Positions 1 through 7,909 of a DNA stretch of 11,358 bases are shown piece after piece. Origin of the DNA: a virus. Its lineage: Duplodnaviria; Heunggongvirae; Uroviricota; Caudoviricetes. Made by a program: the position numbers and the translations under genes. Location: positions 64,001 through 75,358 of IMG/VR virus record IMGVR_UViG_3300047560_001287. The stretch is one strand, 5' to 3'. Numbering within the stretch: the first letter of the stretch is position 1; each line of letters begins with the position of its first letter. The notes beneath the pieces were generated by a model, which was given only the letters and a program-made list of their open reading frames with translations, was not told the DNA's origin and searched no databases.

Positions 1-2
1 AT

Positions 3-710
3 TTATCAGCGGGTGATATCACTGTGTCATCTATTGCTAATGGCACCAGTAACGTTGACATTATCGGTGCTAGTGGTAACGTAACTATCAGTAGTGCTGG
101 TAATGCAAACATATTGACAGTCACTGGTACTGGGTCAAACATTTCAGGTACATTGAGTGTATCTGGTAACGCTAACATTGGTAACATCGGCACAGCAGGT
201 ATAATCACTGCTACTGGTAACATTCAAGGTGGTAATTTAAAAACTGCAGGAATTGTATCATCTACTGGTAACGTCATCGGTGGTAACTTAACTACTGCTG
301 GTATTGTAACTTCAACTGGTAACGTCATCGGTGGTAACTTAACTACTGCTGGTATTGTAACTTCAACTGGTAACGTCATCGGTGGTAATTTAGTAACAGC
401 CGGTAAAGTAATTGCTAGTGGTTCAGATGACATGACAAACGGGGCAGCGGCGAGTTTAACAGTAGTACCAAGTTATTTCAGCACAACAGGTGCATGGACG
501 GGAACATTAGCCGCAGGCACAGAAGGTCAAATCAAAACATTTATGACAGTTGCACACGGTGGCAATATGGTAATCACTGTTACTAACGCAGGCTGGAAAG
601 CAAGTGGAACAGGAACAATCACATTTTCAGCAGTGGGACAATCATGCACATTACAGTATGTTAATGGCAAATGGTTCTGCATTGGCAACAACGGAGCGAC
701 ATTCGCATAA
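3..710 (+). CDS. C-terminal part of a phage tail-fibre-like structural protein (5'-truncated by the window)
   Basis: The frame stays open from position 3 (LSAGDIT-V...), so the listed GTG at 24 is probably internal. It has a Gly/Asn/Thr-rich beta-shaft with 17-aa repeats (TGNVIGGNLTTAGIVTS), then a ~95-aa non-repetitive C-terminal tip (LAAGTEGQIK...CTLQYVNGKWFCIG). Stop TAA at 708-710. Confidence 0.8.
   Translation, partial: LSAGDITVSSIANGTSNVDIIGASGNVTISSAGNANILTVTGTGSNISGTLSVSGNANIGNIGTAGIITATGNIQGGNLKTAGIVSSTGNVIGGNLTTAGIVTSTGNVIGGNLTTAGIVTSTGNVIGGNLVTAGKVIASGSDDMTNGAAASLTVVPSYFSTTGAWTGTLAAGTEGQIKTFMTVAHGGNMVITVTNAGWKASGTGTITFSAVGQSCTLQYVNGKWFCIGNNGATFA
162..416 (+). repeat. Coding tandem repeat, 51-nt/17-aa unit, 5 copies
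   Basis: Units start at 162, 213, 264, 315 and 366. Units 264-314 and 315-365 are identical at the nucleotide level, and identity continues to 388. Confidence 0.95.
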
Positions 711-723
711 TTAGGAAATATAA

Positions 724-3700
724 ATGGCAAACGCAACAATTAAAATAACACAACTGCCAAGCATCGGTAATGGATTATCTGCAAGTACAATTCTTCCTGT
801 AGTTAATACAACAGGAACTGCAACAACAGACAAAGTAGCAGTAGGTAACATTGCTAACTTTACTTTGTTACAAGCAGGTAACACTTTACCACCAGCATTC
901 GTTTCAACTATAGCATATAGTGTCGCCAATGCCGCACAACCTAACATTACAAGTGTTGGTACATTAACAGGATTGACTGTCACTGGTACTACAGTTTTAC
1001 CTGATGTATCTGATGTTAGCATTCAAGGTGGTACTAATGGTTATGTTCTACAAACAGACGGTGCAGGTAATTTAAGTTGGACTGCACAAACAGGTGGTGG
1101 AGGTGGAAACGGTAGTCCTGGTGGTTCTAACACTCAAATTCAATTTAACGATGCAGGTTCATTCGGTGGTAACACAGGCTTCACATTTAATAAAACTGCA
1201 GGTGCATTAGCAGTTGCAAAAGTAGATACAGCAGAAGTATATCATTTGAATGGTGTTGTTGTTGAAAACGCTGACTTAACACACGGCGCAACAGCCGCAC
1301 TTGTGTTGCCTAGTAACGGTAACACAACAGTTCCTGCTCAAGTAACCAATACATACGGTAATGTTCAAATCACTACCGGTGTCAACTCAGGTTCATTGAA
1401 GAATTTTATTTTTGACAACACAGGCAATTTGACAACTCCGGGCAATATATCTGTTGCAGGCAATGCTAATATAGGTAATATCGGTACTGCTGGTACGGTT
1501 ACAGCGACAGGCAATGTAGGTGGGGGTAATATCAATTCTGCTGGTAATGTTTCAGCTACTGGAAATGTCATTGGAGGTAATATAGTTACTAATGGATTAG
1601 TTACTGCTACTGGTACTATTAGAGGCGGCACATTGTATGCTACTGGTACTGGAACTGCTGTCAATGCAAGTTCAGGTAACATTCTAACTAATCAAGTTAC
1701 AGGAACTAAGTTTAATTTCTTGAATGGATTATACACTGCAACAATTACTGGTAGCGGCGCAACAGGTAACTACTCATTGAACTTACCAGCAGATGCAGGT
1801 ATGGATGGTCAAGTGTTGACTACAGATGGCACTGGTAATTTAAGCTGGTCTGCTGGTGGAAGTGGAAACACAGGCAATGTAACATTTGATAATGTAGCAG
1901 TTCAAGGTGTATCTGGGTTTGGTTTACAATTGTCTCCATCTCCAGATGATACTGCTAACTTGAAATATCTACAAGTTCGTGCAGGTGATGTTGATAGTCA
2001 CATTCACTTTGACACAGGTGACAATACTTCTTACGACCAATACTTTGGCGATGACAACAAGTATGTTCAAGTGAGCAGTACTGGTAATATCATCATGTCA
2101 TCATATGACGGTACTAATGCACATCCAATGGTACTTGACACTAGTGGCAATTTAGTAGTCCCTGGAAGTATCACTAGTTCACTAAGTGGTGGCTTCCCGT
2201 TCGGCGGTGCTATTACATATATAACTACAGGTGACCCGACTGTTATCGTTACTCTTGATAGTAGTCCATTCTCTGATGCAGTAACTGGACGAGTAACAAT
2301 TACAGGAGTTACAGGTGCTACACAAGCGAATGGTACAAGATACTATAGAGCAGTGGAGGTGAATGCGTTCCAATTATTTAATGATGCGGCTTGTACTATA
2401 CCAACATCTGGTACAGATTGGACTGCATACACTACTGGCGGGTTTGCTTACTCACCAGAATACAACGACTTAGAATTAAAAGGTGATACTGTAGACATTC
2501 GCACAGGTGATAGCATATTCCACTTTACACCTACTGGTGATATACAAATGCCAGGTGGTGCTTACGCATCAGGTGGTTATGGTCGTTTATTAACTAACAA
2601 CGGCTATACAACATTATTGTCATATGGATCAGATCCAGAACACGGTGGTCCTGAATTAGATTGGTCAGACGCCAGTGATGTTGGTAATGTGTTTGATAAC
2701 AGCGATGTATTACGCAATACATTATTCTTGAATGACGGTGGTCTTTATGTTGGATTAAATCAAAACAATAACGCAAATGCTGTAAATGCTAGTTTAAGAT
2801 TTGATAGATATGGTGCATTAATTATACCAGCAGGTAGTGCTAACACTACTAGTACAGGACAGATTCTTTCTAACAACGAGAGTGGCTTTATCAACTTAGA
2901 TGTACAGTTTGATATTGAGCCTGGTTCTGAAGGTGGTGTTCGTTTAGGTACTACTGCTAGTAAGCCAGTTGATATTTGGGCAAGTAGTTCACAACGATGG
3001 AGATTTGATAGCGACGGTTCATTCACAGTACCAGGTGTTATCAAATCAATAGGCAGTTTTGCATATCGTGGATTCTATGCTGTATTAAATCAGATATCAG
3101 GTGACGATCCATCTATCAATCAGATTGTATTGTCAAGAAGTTCAGATATCAGTGGCTCAAACCCAACAACTGACACGGACGATGACAACTTTATTGTAAC
3201 AGGCATCGACGGTTCAAACATCACTGCGATTGTTAATTTGTATGGCACTAGTACTTCAACTCCACTTGATACAGAAAGTATATTCTATTTCATAAGAAAC
3301 TATATTGATGTAGTCTTGTATAACGGAGATACACAACGCACATCAATCAGTGATATTCAAACTGCGTTTGCTACCAATGAAGTATCATTGTTGGAAGAGA
3401 ATTTCGCTCCTGGCACAATCGTAGACAACATGAACTTCAATGGCATACAAGCCATATTCCAAGTCAACAGTTTCACACACACAGGTAGTGGTACTGATGC
3501 TGTATTCTTCTTTGACTTAGACGATCCAATTGGTGCAATAGATTATAACACTGCTGAATGGAATTCTGCTGATTGTGTGGTACCTGGAACAGGATATCAG
3601 GTAGGTGACACTATCACAGTACCGGGTACTGAATTAGGTGGCGCGGCACCTGCTGATAACATGACTATTACAGTCGGTGCAATTAACGGTTCTGGTGGTA

Positions 3701-6700
3701 TTACTGACTTCTCAGTAACAGGCACAATGAGCCAAGCAAGTTATGAACAAAATTTTGTAAAGCGTTATATCTATGACGGTACAAGCGATATACAAGACCA
3801 AGGTAACTTCTTAGGTACAGATGTTTCTCGTTGTGTATTCACTGCGTATACTGATGCTGATAGTAATCTAATAGTAACTAGCGTAGATTCAGGTGGTCTA
3901 TATCCATTCATGACTTTCTATGAACCAACTAATCAGACATACCCAATGGTGATGTGGCAGACAGATGGTGCAACAGAAGGTGGTACGGGAACTTATGTAA
4001 CGGGTGGATATGATACTATTGGTAGTAATCTACCATCAACTACATATACTGCTTATGGTATGTATTATGGTGTTGGCGAAACTGTAACTGGCAATGGTGA
4101 GAACTGGGGCGCTGGCACTTATGGTACTATGGTTGGTAGTAACGGCAATGGTATCTTCTCAATGGTATGTTTAGATGGCACTGCGTCAATTGTTTCATAT
4201 GCTGGTAACACAGGTTCTGATGGTGACGGAACTAAGGCGGCTATAAGCCAGTTTGCTATCGGTGCTATACCTGAAGCATTGAATCTAGTATCAAGTAATA
4301 ACACATGGTCATTTGGTACTGATGGTAATCTAACAGTTCCCGGCAACATCAATGCTGTGGCTACTGGAGGTTTCGCATTAAATGATACTATCAGTAATAT
4401 AACTACTGGAAGCACTACAGTAGTTGTAACATTAAACTCAACAACTTTCCCCGGTCCAGTAACTGGAAAGGTTGCTATATCTGGTGTGTTAGGAACAGTA
4501 GAGGCTAATCAAACATGGTGGTTCCAAGCTGTAGAAGTAAATGAAATACAACTATACACAGATAGTGAATTTACAACACCGGCTAACGGTACAACATGGC
4601 TTCCTTATATAGGTGGCGGTAGTATTGTATCAGTAACATATGATAACTTAGTAGTAGGTGCCGGTGTTCTTACTCTAGGCAATCCTAATCGTCAATGGAC
4701 TATCTATGATGATGGCAATATAGTTGCCACACATAGTACTGCGTCAATTATAGGTGGTAATGGTTTAGCAGTTGAAGCTGGTGCGGGCAGCAAACTAACC
4801 AATGTAATAAATGTTCCAGTTGACCAAACATTCACTGGTGCATGGAATACAGCAACATACTCAGACAATAGTGGCACTGGTAGAATAGATATAGTTGGTG
4901 CGTATAGTAGTCTAAGAAGATTTGTACAGTTATACATGCAGTACGCAAATACAGGTACTGCTGTATTGACAATCAACGATTCATCAACTGAATTAATATA
5001 TAATGGATTTGAATATAATGGTGATACATTTACTATATATGTAGTTCAAAGTCCAGGAGATTCAGTAACAGTTACTACAATGACACTATACGCTGTGATG
5101 CGAAATGTCATGGAGTTGGACGATGATGGTAATCAATTAAACTTACAAAGTTTCAGTGGTTGGCCTGTAAACATTACTAGTGGCTATCAAGGTGATGTAC
5201 GCATTAATGCAGGTGATGATATCGTCTTGAATGCAGGAGACAAAACAACATCAGATAATACCGGTGGTCAAATTGACATAAACGCCGGCAACGGCGGAAG
5301 TGCAGATACTCAAGATCCAGCTGGTAATGGTGGCGATATTAATATCAATGGTGGTCAAGGTGGGTATGCAAGTAATATATATGGTGCTGGTAACGGTGGT
5401 ACAGTATATATCACTGGTGCTCCTGGTGGTAGTGCTAACGCCGGAGGCGAGCAAAATGCAGGTAACGGTGGTTCAGTAGTACTACAAGCCGGCAATGCAG
5501 GCGATAATGCTAGTGATATTAATTTAGGTCGTGAAGGTGGTAATGTTGTTATTACAGCAGGCTACACCACTGGATCCTACGTAGGCGGAGGGGTTGTTAT
5601 TACAGCAGGTACTGGTGGTGTTGATTATGGTAGTGGTAACATTACATTAAACACACAAGCCAGTGACCATACTACAAACTATACTTGGTCATACAACAAT
5701 GACGGTAGCATGTTATTCCCAGTACTAACTGTAAACTTACACAATGGCGGCAGTCAAACAGCACGAACATTACAGTTTGGTGATATTGACTATCAGGCAG
5801 TTATCACTGGACCTACCCCACCGTCTGGCTATAACGCACAACGATTAATCATTCAAGGTCAGGCTGGTCAGTCTGGCGGAGAAGGTGGCGATGTTTATGT
5901 ATGGGCCGGTGACAGTGATGTTAACGGCGGTGATATCAAAATCTACGCAGGTGATGCTGATGGAGGATCTGGTTATGGTGGTTACATAAACATTACAGGT
6001 GGTCAAGGATTTGATGGTGGCGGTGATGTTAGTATTACCGGTGGTCGTAGTACCAATAGTGCAGGTGCTGAAGTAAGATTAATAGGCGGCATCGGTGCTA
6101 CAACAGGCGGAACTGCTAATGTTCAAGGCGGCCAAGGTAGTGTAGCCGGTGGCATTGCGGAACTTAAAGGTGGTTACGGTGGTGGCAGTGGTGGTAATGT
6201 TAATATTACAGGTGGCGGCGCGGGTAACGGTCTAGCAGAATATGGTAATGTAAACATTAATGCAGGAGCAAGTAGTTGGGTATTCGGTAATGACGGTAAC
6301 TTAACTGCACCGGGTAGTATTGTTACTTCTACTGGTACAGGTGGTAACATTTCAGGTGCCAATGTTATAACTGCTAATGTTTTTAGTGCTACAGGCAATG
6401 TCACAGGTAACTATTTTATTGGTAATGGTTCTCAGTTGACTGGCATTGTAGCAACATCATCATATGGTGATTCTAATGTAGCTACATTCTTGGCTGCGTA
6501 TGGTAGCAACACTGTGAGCACCACGGGCAACATCAGCAGTGGCAACTTAATTGCTTCAGCTAATGTATTAGGCAATGGCTATGCTAGATTTACTGGTGCA
6601 TTTGATGAATCACAGGCTTCAACTGCTGGTTTATATCTAGGCTATGCTGGTGGTACACCCCGAATAATGTTTGGAACAGGGACCACAGCACAAACACTTG

Positions 6701-7131
6701 AAATTGACAATGACGGCGGAACATTAAGATTTTACAAACCAGGAACTACTCTAGCCAACTTGAATACCAGCGGTGACTTTGCTACTGCAGGTAATATTAC
6801 TGCTACAGGCAAAATTGGTTATTCTAGTGGTGGTACTGTTACACAGACTGGTACAGGTCAAGGTGTTACATTAAATCAACTAACTGGACAAATCACTCTA
6901 GCAAAGAGTTCTTGGACTGCAAATGACCTTGAAGCATTCGTAGTTCAATGTAATAAGGTTAGTGCCGATGATTATATCTTAGCGCAAATTTCTGGTACAT
7001 ACTCTACGTATTTTATGGTAAGTGCTTATTATTTTACTGGTACTTCTTTCTATATAAATGTCAGAGCATTAGATACTATTAGTAGCGCACCTGTTGTGAA
7101 GTTCTTCATTATGAAGGCACCAACTTCATAA
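724..7131 (+). CDS. Giant modular tail fibre / virion adhesin (2135 aa)
   Basis: Uninterrupted ORF with AGGA upstream (ttaggaaatataaATG). N-terminal IKITQLP-type attachment motif, AAQPNITSVGTLTGLTV, two VLxTDGxGNLSW motifs, 17-aa GN repeats, nine [WF]xFxxxGxLxxPG-like joints, Gly-rich GGx[VI]x[IL]xGG arrays, and a C-terminal GGTVTQ...GVTLN...GQIT tip domain typical of phage fibres. No signal peptide. Confidence 0.85.
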   Translation: MANATIKITQLPSIGNGLSASTILPVVNTTGTATTDKVAVGNIANFTLLQAGNTLPPAFVSTIAYSVANAAQPNITSVGTLTGLTVTGTTVLPDVSDVSIQGGTNGYVLQTDGAGNLSWTAQTGGGGGNGSPGGSNTQIQFNDAGSFGGNTGFTFNKTAGALAVAKVDTAEVYHLNGVVVENADLTHGATAALVLPSNGNTTVPAQVTNTYGNVQITTGVNSGSLKNFIFDNTGNLTTPGNISVAGNANIGNIGTAGTVTATGNVGGGNINSAGNVSATGNVIGGNIVTNGLVTATGTIRGGTLYATGTGTAVNASSGNILTNQVTGTKFNFLNGLYTATITGSGATGNYSLNLPADAGMDGQVLTTDGTGNLSWSAGGSGNTGNVTFDNVAVQGVSGFGLQLSPSPDDTANLKYLQVRAGDVDSHIHFDTGDNTSYDQYFGDDNKYVQVSSTGNIIMSSYDGTNAHPMVLDTSGNLVVPGSITSSLSGGFPFGGAITYITTGDPTVIVTLDSSPFSDAVTGRVTITGVTGATQANGTRYYRAVEVNAFQLFNDAACTIPTSGTDWTAYTTGGFAYSPEYNDLELKGDTVDIRTGDSIFHFTPTGDIQMPGGAYASGGYGRLLTNNGYTTLLSYGSDPEHGGPELDWSDASDVGNVFDNSDVLRNTLFLNDGGLYVGLNQNNNANAVNASLRFDRYGALIIPAGSANTTSTGQILSNNESGFINLDVQFDIEPGSEGGVRLGTTASKPVDIWASSSQRWRFDSDGSFTVPGVIKSIGSFAYRGFYAVLNQISGDDPSINQIVLSRSSDISGSNPTTDTDDDNFIVTGIDGSNITAIVNLYGTSTSTPLDTESIFYFIRNYIDVVLYNGDTQRTSISDIQTAFATNEVSLLEENFAPGTIVDNMNFNGIQAIFQVNSFTHTGSGTDAVFFFDLDDPIGAIDYNTAEWNSADCVVPGTGYQVGDTITVPGTELGGAAPADNMTITVGAINGSGGITDFSVTGTMSQASYEQNFVKRYIYDGTSDIQDQGNFLGTDVSRCVFTAYTDADSNLIVTSVDSGGLYPFMTFYEPTNQTYPMVMWQTDGATEGGTGTYVTGGYDTIGSNLPSTTYTAYGMYYGVGETVTGNGENWGAGTYGTMVGSNGNGIFSMVCLDGTASIVSYAGNTGSDGDGTKAAISQFAIGAIPEALNLVSSNNTWSFGTDGNLTVPGNINAVATGGFALNDTISNITTGSTTVVVTLNSTTFPGPVTGKVAISGVLGTVEANQTWWFQAVEVNEIQLYTDSEFTTPANGTTWLPYIGGGSIVSVTYDNLVVGAGVLTLGNPNRQWTIYDDGNIVATHSTASIIGGNGLAVEAGAGSKLTNVINVPVDQTFTGAWNTATYSDNSGTGRIDIVGAYSSLRRFVQLYMQYANTGTAVLTINDSSTELIYNGFEYNGDTFTIYVVQSPGDSVTVTTMTLYAVMRNVMELDDDGNQLNLQSFSGWPVNITSGYQGDVRINAGDDIVLNAGDKTTSDNTGGQIDINAGNGGSADTQDPAGNGGDININGGQGGYASNIYGAGNGGTVYITGAPGGSANAGGEQNAGNGGSVVLQAGNAGDNASDINLGREGGNVVITAGYTTGSYVGGGVVITAGTGGVDYGSGNITLNTQASDHTTNYTWSYNNDGSMLFPVLTVNLHNGGSQTARTLQFGDIDYQAVITGPTPPSGYNAQRLIIQGQAGQSGGEGGDVYVWAGDSDVNGGDIKIYAGDADGGSGYGGYINITGGQGFDGGGDVSITGGRSTNSAGAEVRLIGGIGATTGGTANVQGGQGSVAGGIAELKGGYGGGSGGNVNITGGGAGNGLAEYGNVNINAGASSWVFGNDGNLTAPGSIVTSTGTGGNISGANVITANVFSATGNVTGNYFIGNGSQLTGIVATSSYGDSNVATFLAAYGSNTVSTTGNISSGNLIASANVLGNGYARFTGAFDESQASTAGLYLGYAGGTPRIMFGTGTTAQTLEIDNDGGTLRFYKPGTTLANLNTSGDFATAGNITATGKIGYSSGGTVTQTGTGQGVTLNQLTGQITLAKSSWTANDLEAFVVQCNKVSADDYILAQISGTYSTYFMVSAYYFTGTSFYINVRALDTISSAPVVKFFIMKAPTS
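1456..1659 (+). repeat. Degenerate 17-aa shaft repeats, same family as in the upstream gene
   Basis: AGNANIGNIGTAGTVTA / TGNVGGGNINSAGNVSA / TGNVIGGNIVTNGLVTA / TGTIRGGTLYATG... Confidence 0.85.
2188..2478 (+). repeat. Internal duplicated domain, copy 1 (97 aa, fibre aa 489-585)
   Basis: Aligns without gaps to 4366-4656; 45/97 identical residues by hand count. Confidence 0.9.
4366..4656 (+). repeat. Internal duplicated domain, copy 2 (97 aa, fibre aa 1215-1311)
   Basis: GGF...ITTG..TV.VTL.S..F...VTG.V.I.GV.G...AN.T....AVEVN..QL..D...T.P..GT.W..Y..GG is shared with copy 1. Confidence 0.9.
5191..6267 (+). repeat. Two glycine-rich arrays of GGx[VI]x[IL]x[AG]G units
   Basis: Block 1 (~5191-5655) has about 7-9 units with variable spacers. 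Block 2 (5881-6267) has 9 units, mostly with a 14-aa period (EGGDVYVWAG, NGGDIKIYAG, YGGYINITGG, GGGDVSITGG, AGAEVRLIGG, TGGTANVQGG, AGGIAELKGG, SGGNVNITGG, EYGNVNINAG). Confidence 0.85.
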
Positions 7132-7159
7132 TGATGGTAAATAGAAAATAGGATAAACA

Positions 7160-7909
7160 ATGAGTTTCACAATCGAACCGGGTATCACAATTGGCGCAGG
7201 AATAACAATTACACCTAGTTACTCAGTAGTAACTGATGGATTAGTGTTTGAACTTGACGCGGGCAATAGTGAAAGCTACCCCGGCTCAGGTAATAATTGG
7301 TATGATTTAGTAGGATCAGCCGATGCTACTTTACCTAATGGTGCTACTTATAGTAGCTCTAATGGTGGTATATTAACATTCAGTAGAGCAAGTCAACAAA
7401 GTGCCCACGCTGGTGATTTAGCCGGGGGTGCTTTAACTACATTCACTGCTGAGACTTGGGTGTACTTTAATACCTTAGATAACACCTCTGGTGATGCCAC
7501 CTGCACTATAACTGAAGTATATGCTACTACTCCAATTAACTACAGTATAACCTGCGGCTTGGCTGCTGATCCTACAGTATGGCAGGGTGGATTTTTTGAT
7601 GGCGGTGGTTGGCAAGTGGCTGGAAATTTTGTGCCAGTGATTCACACATGGTATTGCATGTGTGTAACATTTGACGGCAGCAATGTTAGGTTTTACATTA
7701 ATGGTGCTCTGAACGAATCAGCAGTTACTGGATCTACTCCAGGGTCTAGTGGACTGGGCATACACATAGGCGAACGCTGGGACGCACCTTACTTTCCAAA
7801 GAGTTTTTTGGATGGTAGTGTACCAGTAGCCAGATTATACAATAGAGGTTTATCAGGATCAGAAGTTAATCAAAACTTCAATGCACTAAGAGGTCGTTAC
7901 GGAGTATGA
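7160..7909 (+). CDS. LamG / concanavalin-A-like lectin-glucanase fold protein (Laminin_G_3-like), probably virion-associated
   Basis: Motifs GLVFELDAGNSESYPGSGNNWYDL, FTAETWVYF, WYCMCVTFDGSNVRFYINGAL and VARLYNRGLSGSEVNQNF match the phage LamG-like pattern. AGGA upstream (aataggataaacaATG). Confidence 0.85.
   Translation: MSFTIEPGITIGAGITITPSYSVVTDGLVFELDAGNSESYPGSGNNWYDLVGSADATLPNGATYSSSNGGILTFSRASQQSAHAGDLAGGALTTFTAETWVYFNTLDNTSGDATCTITEVYATTPINYSITCGLAADPTVWQGGFFDGGGWQVAGNFVPVIHTWYCMCVTFDGSNVRFYINGALNESAVTGSTPGSSGLGIHIGERWDAPYFPKSFLDGSVPVARLYNRGLSGSEVNQNFNALRGRYGV

Noticed and set aside
264-388. Possible CRISPR array
   Set aside because: The repeats are head-to-tail with no unique spacers, in frame, and coding.
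719-726. T4-type late promoter TATAAATA look-alikes (TATAAATG at 719-726; GGTAAATA at 7136-7143)
   Set aside because: The first overlaps the start codon, so it could not serve that gene. The second matches only 6/8 in AT-rich DNA. Neither is supportable without genome-wide motif or TSS data.
2188-4656. Ubiquitin-activating (E1) function suggested by the FCCH-like resemblance
   Set aside because: No adenylation domain or catalytic Cys context is present, so at most this is a shared structural beta-sandwich.
224-6404. Minus-strand ORFs opposite the fibre genes (224-433, 527-739, 711-1022, 1365-1682, 2182-2373, 2594-2776, 2760-3044, 4119-4415, 4704-4976, 5251-5454, 6174-6404)
   Set aside because: These are antisense shadows. 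Their Pro/Val/Thr/Leu-rich, repeat-mirroring sequences are what the reverse complement of GGT/AAC/ACT codons gives, and I noticed no convincing RBS or promoter for them.
724-7131. Cellular autotransporter, S-layer, RTX or ice-nucleation protein
   Set aside because: No signal peptide, C-terminal beta-barrel, GGxGxDxL nonamers or AGYGST octamers. The context and motifs fit phage fibres.
724-7909. Diversity-generating retroelement target in the fibre or lectin C-termini
   Set aside because: No near-identical template/variable repeat pair differing at adenines, and no reverse transcriptase in the window. A remote element cannot be excluded.
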